A stretch of DNA of 64,000 nt from positions 1-64,000 of the IMG/VR virus record IMGVR_UViG_3300002092_001784, one strand, 5' to 3'. The position numbers and the translations under genes were made by a program. The stretch is from a virus (Duplodnaviria; Caudoviricetes). Every line of letters begins with the position of its first letter. Position 1 is the stretch's first letter. Below, piece after piece: positions 10,054 to 18,767 of the stretch. The notes under the pieces are model-generated. The model searched no databases. It was not told the DNA's origin and saw nothing but the letters and a program-made list of their open reading frames with translations.

Positions 10054-10402
10054 AATTATAGCATTTGATTTAGATGGAACTTTGTGTGACAGGCCTGACG
10101 ATGTAGAACATTTGGGGCCGGATAAATATTTACATTGTATACCAATTTGGCACATGATAGATATTGTTAACGAATTGTATGATAGAGATAATATCATTTA
10201 TATCTATACAGCACGTGGTATGGGGCAATTTGGCGGAAACCAAAGTAAAGTACATATTAAATTGTATGAATTAACTTTGAATAGTTTGCGTAAGTGGGGA
10301 GTGAAGCATCATGGGTTGGTAATGGGAAAATTACATTATGATATGCTTGTAGATGATAAATGTATGAATGTGGATGATATAGACAAAATAAAACAACTTT
10401 AA
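10046..10402 (+). CDS. Capless HAD phosphatase (capsule-biosynthesis-phosphatase type)
   Basis: FDLDGTL, YTARG and GK..YD..VDDK motifs. Confidence 0.85.
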   Translation: MSKIIAFDLDGTLCDRPDDVEHLGPDKYLHCIPIWHMIDIVNELYDRDNIIYIYTARGMGQFGGNQSKVHIKLYELTLNSLRKWGVKHHGLVMGKLHYDMLVDDKCMNVDDIDKIKQL

Positions 10403-10414
10403 TTTAGTATTCTA

Positions 10415-10423
10415 ATATTTATA
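10415..10423 (+). promoter_or_regulatory. Representative copy of putative phage late-promoter motif ATATTTAT(A/T/G)
   Basis: Also at 4265, 6532, 14295, 16802, 16871, 17468, 18502, 28651, 30635, 34202, 37493, 38014, 42867, 45555, 58813 and 61743, each intergenic and upstream of a start codon. Confidence 0.7.
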
Positions 10424-10446
10424 AGAGTATATACAATTATAAATTT

Positions 10447-11643
10447 ATGGAAGCACTAATATATCCCGGTTCATCTTCTTTTTATCCCGGTATGACACCA
10501 TTTGGTATCTATGATGAGGAATATTTATTCCAATCAGATGCGCCAAAATTGGCAATATGGTGTGCTAGACGATTGGGATACCCTATTCAAAATGTGGAAT
10601 TGAGAGATGAAAATTTTTATGCATGTTTTGAAGAAGCCGTTTCAGAATATAGCTCACAAGTAAATCAATGGAATATTCGTAATAATTTAGACTCTCTAAA
10701 GGGTATGCCAGTTGGTACTAATTATACTCAAAAATTAGTGCAAGGTTCTAACTTACCATATTTGATTGGTATATCTGATGCATATGGTACATTGGTCGGT
10801 GTTGGGGGTAATACAAATATAAAATCAGGAAGTATACAATTAGTTCCGGGTCAACAAACTTATGACTTGGATGAGTTATTTGCTAATGTAAGTGAAAGTG
10901 GAAATCGTATTGATGTGACACGAGTATTTTATGAAGTAACACCAGCTATTACCCGTTTCTTTGATCCATATTCAGTAAGTGGACAAGGTACGTTAAATTT
11001 AATTGATGAGTTTGGATTTGGTTCATTTTCACCCGCAGCACAATTTGTATTAATGCCATTATATGAAGACCTTCTTCGTATTCAAGCTATTGAATTAAAC
11101 GATACAATCAGAAAATCAGCAAGTACTTTTAATATTGTTAATAATAAACTAACTATATTTCCAATACCAACCGCACAAAATATGTCAAATTTTAAGAATT
11201 TGTGGTTTGAATATTTTGTTAGAAACGAATTTATAGAAAATTCAACAAATGTTACACCTAATGTAGTATCTGATTATTCTAACATAGGGTATGATTTTAT
11301 GCATTACCATCACATTAATGATGTTGGAAAGCAGTGGATACGAAAATATACATTGGCATTGGTAAAGGAAATATTAGGTGCAATCCGAGAAAAATATTCA
11401 ACTGTTCCAATTCCGGGTTCTGAAATTTCATTAGATGGTGCGGCATTAAGAGCAGAAGCACAGACTGAAAAGGATAACCTAATGACTCAACTCAGAGAAA
11501 CATTGGAAGAATTGAGTAGAACAAAACAATTTGAAAACAGATGGAACGAAGCAAATCAACAACAAGAAATGTTGAGAAAAGTTCCATTGGCAATTTATAT
11601 CGGAGAATTGGCAGCATTAATAACATTAACATCATTTTTATAA
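10447..11643 (+). CDS. Neck/head-tail adaptor protein (T4 gp13-like)
   Basis: RRLGYPIQNVEL N-terminus and W.RKYTLAL.KE.LG..R.KY..VP.PG.EI.LDG C-terminus; first gene of the neck-tail block. Confidence 0.7.
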   Translation: MEALIYPGSSSFYPGMTPFGIYDEEYLFQSDAPKLAIWCARRLGYPIQNVELRDENFYACFEEAVSEYSSQVNQWNIRNNLDSLKGMPVGTNYTQKLVQGSNLPYLIGISDAYGTLVGVGGNTNIKSGSIQLVPGQQTYDLDELFANVSESGNRIDVTRVFYEVTPAITRFFDPYSVSGQGTLNLIDEFGFGSFSPAAQFVLMPLYEDLLRIQAIELNDTIRKSASTFNIVNNKLTIFPIPTAQNMSNFKNLWFEYFVRNEFIENSTNVTPNVVSDYSNIGYDFMHYHHINDVGKQWIRKYTLALVKEILGAIREKYSTVPIPGSEISLDGAALRAEAQTEKDNLMTQLRETLEELSRTKQFENRWNEANQQQEMLRKVPLAIYIGELAALITLTSFL

Positions 11644-11644
11644 T

Positions 11645-12100
11645 ATGCCTCGATTTGCATTAGACCGTGACATTTCATTTTTTGAAGGAATATCAAGAGA
11701 ATTGGTAGAAGTGGTAGTGGAAACCGCAGTTATTCTTTATAAATTAATTATAGATGACACTACTGTTAATTTATATGGTGAATCTACTTCCAAAACCTAT
11801 TATCAAGGTGTAGGTTGTAATGCTATGATTGATCGTGATGAAACTACTACCCAATATGAGGGATTTGGTTCTGATACTACACAAAATGTTGAATTTAGGT
11901 TCAATCGATTTATTTTGGAAGAAAAAGGATTTTACCCAGAGATAGGAGATATTGTATTTCATAATAATGCATATTTTGAAATTGATAATGTTAGAGAAGA
12001 CCAATTAGTGGGTGGACAAGTTGCTAACAGATTCTCTATAATTTGTTCTACATTTATGACAAGAAGAACAACCATTCAAACCGATGAACGTATATTATAA
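11645..12100 (+). CDS. Head-closure/neck protein (T4 gp14-like)
   Basis: LYGES and PEIGDIV...YFEIDNV motifs; follows the gp13-like gene. Confidence 0.65.
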   Translation: MPRFALDRDISFFEGISRELVEVVVETAVILYKLIIDDTTVNLYGESTSKTYYQGVGCNAMIDRDETTTQYEGFGSDTTQNVEFRFNRFILEEKGFYPEIGDIVFHNNAYFEIDNVREDQLVGGQVANRFSIICSTFMTRRTTIQTDERIL

Positions 12101-13161
12101 TGGAACGAAAAGATACAAATAGAGCAAATCAACTTTCGATAGAAAAGCAATACCAAAAGGGTGTTGCACTTATTGATATTGATACTGCTATTTCCGGTTA
12201 TATGAGAGATCATATTATACCAACTGTTCAAGAAAATGGAAAAACGGTAACTGTACCATTAATATATGGAAATGCGGAAAGATGGGAAGGTGCTAGAAAG
12301 CAAGGATACCTAAGAGATCAACGTGGTAAAATACAGATTCCATTAATAATGTTCAAACGAAACTCAATCGAACGGGATCAATCATTACAACATTTTAGGG
12401 AAGTTCTTAGGATGCCCGCATATAAAAAATATACATCAAAAAACAGATACGACAGGTTTACTATGATGACCGCATCTCGACCTGTTATTGAACAATATCA
12501 GGTTGCAATTCCTGCATATGTAACGGTAACATATGAAGTAATGATTTGGACATCATTTACAGAGCATATGAATAAAATCGTAGAAGCATTTCAATATGCT
12601 ACCGATAGATACTGGGGAGATGTTGATGGATATAAATTTAGAACTCGTATTGATTCATTTGATAATCAACAGGAAGTTGGACAGGGTTCTGAGAGAATTA
12701 TTCGTACTACATTTACTATGGCTGTAAATGCATATTTACTTCCCGAAACATTTGATAATCAACCTGTTGTTAAGAAAGAATTATCAGCAAAGAAAGTTGT
12801 ATTTAGTATTGAAACTGATTTATCTGGAAATTTATTATCCAATCCAACTTCGTATGGCGAATATCAAGATGTAATGGATTTCATAGCAATTCGTGGAGCA
12901 AAAGAAGCAACGTATATTAGTACAACTTCTGTAAAACTCACCGATGCCGAATTACCAATTCTTCCAAATGAGTTAATTGGCACTTTTGATACTGAACATT
13001 GGTTTAGTATATACCTAAACGGTAATTTGGTTTCACCTGTCTATTATACATATATCTATGGTGCATCCGTAAATGAAATAGTATTTAATTTTGTGGATTT
13101 ACCAACGGATATTCAATCAACAGATGTAGTATATGTAACCGGAAAATTTATAGAAATATGA
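12100..13161 (+). CDS. Tail terminator/completion protein (gp15-like) with an extra C-terminal beta domain
   Basis: VPLIYG..ERW and P.YVTVTYEV.IWT motifs; position in the neck block. Confidence 0.6.
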   Translation: MERKDTNRANQLSIEKQYQKGVALIDIDTAISGYMRDHIIPTVQENGKTVTVPLIYGNAERWEGARKQGYLRDQRGKIQIPLIMFKRNSIERDQSLQHFREVLRMPAYKKYTSKNRYDRFTMMTASRPVIEQYQVAIPAYVTVTYEVMIWTSFTEHMNKIVEAFQYATDRYWGDVDGYKFRTRIDSFDNQQEVGQGSERIIRTTFTMAVNAYLLPETFDNQPVVKKELSAKKVVFSIETDLSGNLLSNPTSYGEYQDVMDFIAIRGAKEATYISTTSVKLTDAELPILPNELIGTFDTEHWFSIYLNGNLVSPVYYTYIYGASVNEIVFNFVDLPTDIQSTDVVYVTGKFIEI

Positions 13162-13478
13162 TTGCCAAACAATTAAAAGATATATTAAAACAGATAAACC
13201 AGCCTAACACATTTCAGTTGGAATCTTATGATTTGACAAATCCGATATATTGGATTTTTGTAGCAAAAGGTGTTAGAATTAAAGATTTGGTAAGTTCCTA
13301 TAAATCAATTCGTAGTTATCGGTTTGATGTTTTTATAAATGATGTGCTTATACCTGATACTGATTATATAGTCATACAGGATACCAATCTTTATATTAAA
13401 TTTTTGAAAGAAAATATACCCTATACATTACATGAATATGATACTGTTATAATAACAGGAGATGTAGAAAAAAAATAA
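13158..13478 (+). CDS. Hypothetical virion protein (beta-rich)
   Basis: Overlaps the previous stop; resembles the C-terminal domain of 12100..13161. Confidence 0.55.
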   Translation: MIAKQLKDILKQINQPNTFQLESYDLTNPIYWIFVAKGVRIKDLVSSYKSIRSYRFDVFINDVLIPDTDYIVIQDTNLYIKFLKENIPYTLHEYDTVIITGDVEKK

Positions 13479-13481
13479 AAA

Positions 13482-13859
13482 ATGAGAAGAAAATCATATA
13501 TAACAGTTGAGGTAGCTGAGAACAAAGATACAACGAATGAGTTTGTGTTGGGTGCTATAAAAGATAGTTTTATTAGAAGTTATACACCTGCTCAGTTAAC
13601 ACTTTCAGACCCAGATAATTTTTTCATATTATATATGCCAAACAAACGGTTAGTTATGGATATTGAGGGATTGCCAGATTATTCCGAATATGTAGATGTA
13701 TATCTATATGGTAAAAAACAACTTAATTCTACATATGGTGTAGTTTCGGACGGTATTGATATTACAATTACATTTAACCAAAGCATAATTAGTAATCCGT
13801 TTGATGTAGTAAATACAGACTTTATTGTGAAAGCAAATATTTGTGAAATACCTCAATAA
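13482..13859 (+). CDS. Hypothetical virion protein (beta-rich)
   Basis: Tightly packed ORF with the same beta-domain pattern. Confidence 0.55.
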   Translation: MRRKSYITVEVAENKDTTNEFVLGAIKDSFIRSYTPAQLTLSDPDNFFILYMPNKRLVMDIEGLPDYSEYVDVYLYGKKQLNSTYGVVSDGIDITITFNQSIISNPFDVVNTDFIVKANICEIPQ

Positions 13860-13877
13860 TACTTAAAATTAAAAGAT

Positions 13878-14240
13878 ATGGGATTTTTATTATGGTTTGT
13901 ATCGATTATCGCTAAATTGATTGTGTATCCAATAGCGTTTATCACAACTTTTGCTAAAGAGTTTTATCATACGCATTTCAATAGAGCATTGGCTAAAGTC
14001 GATCAACAGTTTATGGATATTGCCGTAGCAAATGATGCGACATCAAATGTAGTATGTGATGACCTTTTTAATCTTATAATGATTAAATCAAACGGTTATC
14101 AGTTTGGAAATAGAAAGGAAACAATTTCTTCCGCATTTGGTAAGAATTTGGAAAACGGTACATTGACTTGGTTTGGTAAAGTCATAGTATTTTTACTAAC
14201 TAAAAAACATTGTATAGATAGTATAGATAATTTGGTTTAG
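13878..14240 (+). CDS. Hypothetical membrane protein
   Basis: Hydrophobic N-terminus and a GN.KETISS.FGKN motif. Confidence 0.5.
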   Translation: MGFLLWFVSIIAKLIVYPIAFITTFAKEFYHTHFNRALAKVDQQFMDIAVANDATSNVVCDDLFNLIMIKSNGYQFGNRKETISSAFGKNLENGTLTWFGKVIVFLLTKKHCIDSIDNLV

Positions 14241-14360
14241 TTCTATAAATTATCACTTATTTTCATATAAATTTACGGTTTGGACTTTTTTGTTATATTT
14301 ATATGTGTATTTTGATGCTCTATCAAAATTATAACGTAAAATCATTAAATTCTAAACAAT

Positions 14361-16718
14361 ATGGCAGAAAGAATCGTATCGCCCGGCGTATTTACTAGAG
14401 AAAACGATATGTCATACCTTGCACAAGGTGTAGGACAAATCGGAGCCGCTTTTATCGGTCCTTTTAAGCAAGGACCTGCATTTATTCCAACCATCGTAAG
14501 ATCACAATCCGAATTTCAACAAATTTTCGGAGTGCCTGATGGTACTTACTATACCGAATATGCGGTACAGAACTATCTACAAGAAACCGGTCTTGCAACT
14601 ATTGTAAGGGTAGCTGGTATCGGTGGATACAAACAAGAAGCACCTCTTGCTATTTTAGCAGGAATCGATGGAGGACCAAACCCACAAATTGTTGGAGTTT
14701 TATACTCAACTAACGGTGGAGAGCAATCAGTTGGATTTCCAGATGCAAACATTTTTGCACTAGCTGAATCGGGTTCATTTGTAGTTACTTCATCTTTTGG
14801 AGAAGTATCGGCATCTATTTTACCATCATCACCCAATGACTTAAATGATGTGTTTGGTGAATCTCCATTCGGACAAAAAACTGCATATGCTTACACTTAT
14901 TTTGAAAATGCAGCTAGCAGCTATACTGGTAGTTTTATTGGTCCTGGTGGACATGTTACCGGTTCTGCTCCTATTTATGTTGATTATATCGTATTACCTG
15001 AGCAAAATTTCACATATGATGCAACCGAAGCAGAAACACCTACTGTGAAATCACAATTGATAAGTGGTGAAAGGTATGACCTATTCCATTTTGTAACTCT
15101 TGGACACGGTAACCCATACAATACTATGTTTAAGATTGGAATTTCAAATGTTAAAGAAGCAGGTGAAGACCCATCAACTAACTATTCTACATTTACAGTA
15201 ACAGTTCGTAAATATGATGATACTGATAAGAGAAAATCTGTACTTGAGACATTCTCCAATGTTAACCTTGATGTAAATTCTGCTAACTATATTGCTCGTA
15301 GAATCGGTGACAAATATATTACTATTGATAACGCAGGTAAGATTACCGAAAATGGTGATTATTCAAACAAATCATCTTATATCAGAGTTGTTGTATCTGA
15401 ACCGGGTTCGTTCCCAATGTCAGCAGCACCGTTTGGACACGCTGCATATGTTAACCCATTTGCAACTGAAGATGGTGATGCTATTTTAGTTCCACCTGCT
15501 GTATTACAATTAGGTTCTACCGAAAATACAGCAGCTTCTAACATCTATTATAGTGGATTTGATTTTGAAACTACTGGAGTTGCGAATGATAATACTTTTT
15601 ATCTAAACCCACTTCCTGATACTGGTGTTCATTTACAAACCGGTTCAAATGCTGTTTTTGGATTTGATTCTCAATTATCATATGAGATGACCGGTTCGGC
15701 ATTGGATGATATGGCTAAGAGACAATTTATATTGGCATTCCAAGGTGGATTTGATGGTATGAGCCCAACAATCAAAATTGGAAAAGGAAATGTTGATACT
15801 AACCTAAATAATGGTTGGGGACCTTCTAATACACAGGGATTCGATTGTAGTACTTCTACCGCATCTGGTTCAGTTGGATATGTGAAAGCAATTAACGCAA
15901 TATCTAACCCTGATGAGTGGGATATTAATATGGTTGTAACTCCGGGTATCGTAAGAAGTGAACACCCATCGGTTACTACCGCAGCAATTGATATGTGTGA
16001 AGCAAGACAAGATTGTTTTTACATTGCAGATTTTAGTAACGTAACCGCTACTATTACAGAAGCAGTAGATCAAGCAACCGCAGTAGATTCTAACTATGTT
16101 GGAACATACTATCCTTGGATGAAAACAATCGATACAAACACAAATAAACTAATGCAAGTTCCACCTTCGGTATTACTTCCTGCTGTTTACGCATCATCTG
16201 ACCGTTTGGCAGCTGAATGGTACGCACCTGCTGGTTTGAACCGTGGTGGTATAACTGGAGCAGTTAGTGTATTGAATCGTTTAACACACGCAGAGCGTGA
16301 CGTTCTTTATGAAGGTAAGGTAAATCCAATCGCAGCATTCCCTGGACAAGGTATTGTGGCATTTGGACAGAAAACACTTCAAACAAGAGCATCAGCACTT
16401 GATAGGATTAACGTAAGAAGATTGTTAATTAACCTTAAAAAGTTTGTAGCAAGCACATCTCGTTATTTGGTATTTGAACAAAATACAGCACAGACTCGTA
16501 ATAGATTTATCAATACTGTAAAACCATATTTGGAAGCAGTTCAACAAAAGCAAGGTCTTTACGCATTCAAAGTTGTAATGGATGAAACCAATAACACACC
16601 TGATGTAATTGATAGAAACATATTAGCAGGTTCTATTTTCTTACAACCGGCTAAAACGGCAGAGTTCATCGTAATTGATTTCAACATCATGCCGACAGGG
16701 GCGAGTTTCTCCGCATAA
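14361..16718 (+). CDS. Contractile tail sheath protein (gp18-like)
   Basis: SPGVFTREND N-terminus; W.APAGLNRG, LYEGKVNPI, GQKTL and RINVRRL C-terminal motifs. Confidence 0.95.
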   Translation: MAERIVSPGVFTRENDMSYLAQGVGQIGAAFIGPFKQGPAFIPTIVRSQSEFQQIFGVPDGTYYTEYAVQNYLQETGLATIVRVAGIGGYKQEAPLAILAGIDGGPNPQIVGVLYSTNGGEQSVGFPDANIFALAESGSFVVTSSFGEVSASILPSSPNDLNDVFGESPFGQKTAYAYTYFENAASSYTGSFIGPGGHVTGSAPIYVDYIVLPEQNFTYDATEAETPTVKSQLISGERYDLFHFVTLGHGNPYNTMFKIGISNVKEAGEDPSTNYSTFTVTVRKYDDTDKRKSVLETFSNVNLDVNSANYIARRIGDKYITIDNAGKITENGDYSNKSSYIRVVVSEPGSFPMSAAPFGHAAYVNPFATEDGDAILVPPAVLQLGSTENTAASNIYYSGFDFETTGVANDNTFYLNPLPDTGVHLQTGSNAVFGFDSQLSYEMTGSALDDMAKRQFILAFQGGFDGMSPTIKIGKGNVDTNLNNGWGPSNTQGFDCSTSTASGSVGYVKAINAISNPDEWDINMVVTPGIVRSEHPSVTTAAIDMCEARQDCFYIADFSNVTATITEAVDQATAVDSNYVGTYYPWMKTIDTNTNKLMQVPPSVLLPAVYASSDRLAAEWYAPAGLNRGGITGAVSVLNRLTHAERDVLYEGKVNPIAAFPGQGIVAFGQKTLQTRASALDRINVRRLLINLKKFVASTSRYLVFEQNTAQTRNRFINTVKPYLEAVQQKQGLYAFKVVMDETNNTPDVIDRNILAGSIFLQPAKTAEFIVIDFNIMPTGASFSA

Positions 16719-16740
16719 CTAATAACTTAAATAAATTAAA

Positions 16741-16768
16741 GGGAACTTTGAAAGAAGTTCCCTTTTTT
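16741..16768 (+). terminator. Intrinsic terminator
   Basis: GGGAACTT-TGAAAG-AAGTTCCC-TTTTTT. Confidence 0.9.
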
Positions 16769-16899
16769 ATGTTCGATTTTTTTGTTTTTTTGATATGCAT
16801 GATATTTATTAATGTATTCGGACACTAAGAGTATAAATCGAAATAAAAATATTGGTTTTTCAAAAGTTTAATATTTATTATAAATAAAACAACATAATT

Positions 16900-17388
16900 A
16901 TGGCAGAAATATTATCATTCACAGACATGTTCTATACGGAGTTTGAACCGAAAATGAAGAACCGTTATAAGATGGAGTTCAACGGTATAGACGCATACTT
17001 GGTTAAAACAGCCGCAAGACCATCTATTCAATTTGAAAAAGTAACATTGGATCATATCAATGTGAAACGTCACATTAAGGGAAAGGGTGAATGGCAAGAC
17101 ATAACCGTAACTTTATACGATCCTATTGTACCTTCTGCTGCACAAGCAGTTATGGAATGGATTCGTTTATCACATGAATCAATTACAGGTAGAGATGGGT
17201 ATTCTGATTTCTACAAACAAACTATTAACTTCTTTTCTTTAGGACCGGTTGGTGATAAAATCGAACAATGGACACTTAAAGGAGCATGGATTCAAAGTTC
17301 AAATTTTGGAGATGTTGATTTTAGTAGTAATGACCCAATGACAATCGAACTCACCTTGACCTACGACTATGCTATACTTGAGTTTTAA
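16900..17388 (+). CDS. Tail tube protein (gp19-like)
   Basis: Follows the sheath; W.DITVTLYD and TIELTLTYDY motifs. Confidence 0.9.
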   Translation: MAEILSFTDMFYTEFEPKMKNRYKMEFNGIDAYLVKTAARPSIQFEKVTLDHINVKRHIKGKGEWQDITVTLYDPIVPSAAQAVMEWIRLSHESITGRDGYSDFYKQTINFFSLGPVGDKIEQWTLKGAWIQSSNFGDVDFSSNDPMTIELTLTYDYAILEF

Positions 17389-17415
17389 TTCTTACATACG
17401 ATTACGCTATATTAC

Positions 17416-17449
17416 AAAATCCTTCAATTTATTGGGGGATTTTTTTTGT
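17416..17449 (+). terminator. Intrinsic terminator
   Basis: AAAATCCTTCAAT-TT-ATTGGGGGATTTT followed by a T run. Confidence 0.8.
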
Positions 17450-17502
17450 CATTTTTTTTATTTCTATATATTTATATATGAACACTTAAAACTATTAAAG
17501 TT

Positions 17503-18273
17503 ATGGCTGACCAAAAATTTGATTTTCCTACTGAAATTATTGAGCTACCTTCCCGTGGATTGGTTTACCCTGAGGGGCATCCACTTAGAAAAGGTACTTG
17601 TGAAATTAAGTATATGACTGCACGTGAAGAAGATATTCTTGCATCACAAAGTTTAATTAAAAAGGGTATCGTTTTAGATAAATTATTTGAATCCGTAGTT
17701 GTCGAAAAAGGATTAAATATAAACGACGTATTTATTGGAGATAAAAACGCTATTCTACTTGGAACTCGAGTACTGGGTTATGGTGCGGGATATGAAGTAG
17801 AGATAACCGATCCATTTACTCAAGAAAAACAAACCGTAAACATTGATTTATCTAAAGTACAAACAAAGGATATAGATTATGATTTACTTAATGAAAAAAA
17901 TGTATATACATTCACACTACCAAAAAGTGGTAAAGTAATTGAGTTCAAATTACTAACACATAAAGATGAAACTGATATATCCAAAGATATTCAATCATTG
18001 GACAGGGTTAGTAAAAACGCAGTAACTGCCGCAGATGTAACAACTCGTTTCCGTTATATGATTCTTTCGGTTGATGGAAATACAGATAGAGCATTTATTA
18101 ATAAATGGATTCAGAATCAATTCTTAGCACAGGATACAAAAGCATTCCGTAAGTATGTAAAGGAGATTTCACCGGATTTGGATTTACGATTTACGTTTGT
18201 TTCTGAAATTACGGGCGAATCGGAGGCGCTTGATATCCCGTTTGGGATTAACTTTTTTTACCCTTCCAACTGA
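17503..18273 (+). CDS. Baseplate hub/tail assembly chaperone (T4 gp26-like)
   Basis: IELPSRGLVY, IKYMTAREEDIL and a C-terminal INFF; lies between tube and tape measure. Confidence 0.75.
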   Translation: MADQKFDFPTEIIELPSRGLVYPEGHPLRKGTCEIKYMTAREEDILASQSLIKKGIVLDKLFESVVVEKGLNINDVFIGDKNAILLGTRVLGYGAGYEVEITDPFTQEKQTVNIDLSKVQTKDIDYDLLNEKNVYTFTLPKSGKVIEFKLLTHKDETDISKDIQSLDRVSKNAVTAADVTTRFRYMILSVDGNTDRAFINKWIQNQFLAQDTKAFRKYVKEISPDLDLRFTFVSEITGESEALDIPFGINFFYPSN

Positions 18274-18475
18274 TTATTCACTTCAGCTTCATACCCAGAT
18301 TTGGGAAATGGTTGAATTTGGTAATGGGTTTAATTGGCATGAAGTTTACTTCTTAATGCCGGTACACATTCGGAGATTTTATTTCAATAAATTGGTTGAC
18401 TTGAAGAAAAGAGAAGCAGAACAGGCTAAAAAGTCCCAATCAGCTTCTAACCCATCTAAAGTGAGGATACGGTAA
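18254..18475 (+). CDS. gp51-like short assembly ORF; probable +1 frameshift extension of the upstream chaperone
   Basis: The +1 frame is open across the T7 run at 18253-18259 and encodes LHTQIWEMVEFGNGFNWHEVYFLMPVHIRRFY. An independent ATG at 18308 is also possible. Confidence 0.55.
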   Translation, partial: FFTLPTDYSLQLHTQIWEMVEFGNGFNWHEVYFLMPVHIRRFYFNKLVDLKKREAEQAKKSQSASNPSKVRIR

Positions 18476-18494
18476 AATGTTCCTCACTTTTTTG
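18460..18494 (+). terminator. Intrinsic terminator
   Basis: AAAGTGAGGA...TCCTCACTTT followed by a T run. Confidence 0.75.
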
Positions 18495-18536
18495 TTTTTA
18501 GATATTTATATTAAATAACACCAATATATTGAAGTC

Positions 18537-18764
18537 ATGCGTATTAAACGAAGTAAATTAAGGGAAGCTGGGAAACTCAATGAAGGACTTTTTGCAAAAT
18601 TTATTGATAATCTTGTCGATGCATATAAAAGAGGGGTAGAAGACCAATTTATAGAAAAATCAAGAAAAGCAAACCCATATTTAGCAAAAGCATTGGATGA
18701 CACTATTGAAGACCTTGACCGTTTAGATAAAATACTAAACGATATGATGAAATCTCAAAAATAA
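18537..18764 (+). CDS. Small protein with LRE/LNE leader (putative head-packaged protein)
   Basis: MRIKRSKLREAGKLNEG; has its own ATATTTATA motif upstream. Confidence 0.55.
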   Translation: MRIKRSKLREAGKLNEGLFAKFIDNLVDAYKRGVEDQFIEKSRKANPYLAKALDDTIEDLDRLDKILNDMMKSQK

Positions 18765-18767
18765 TGA

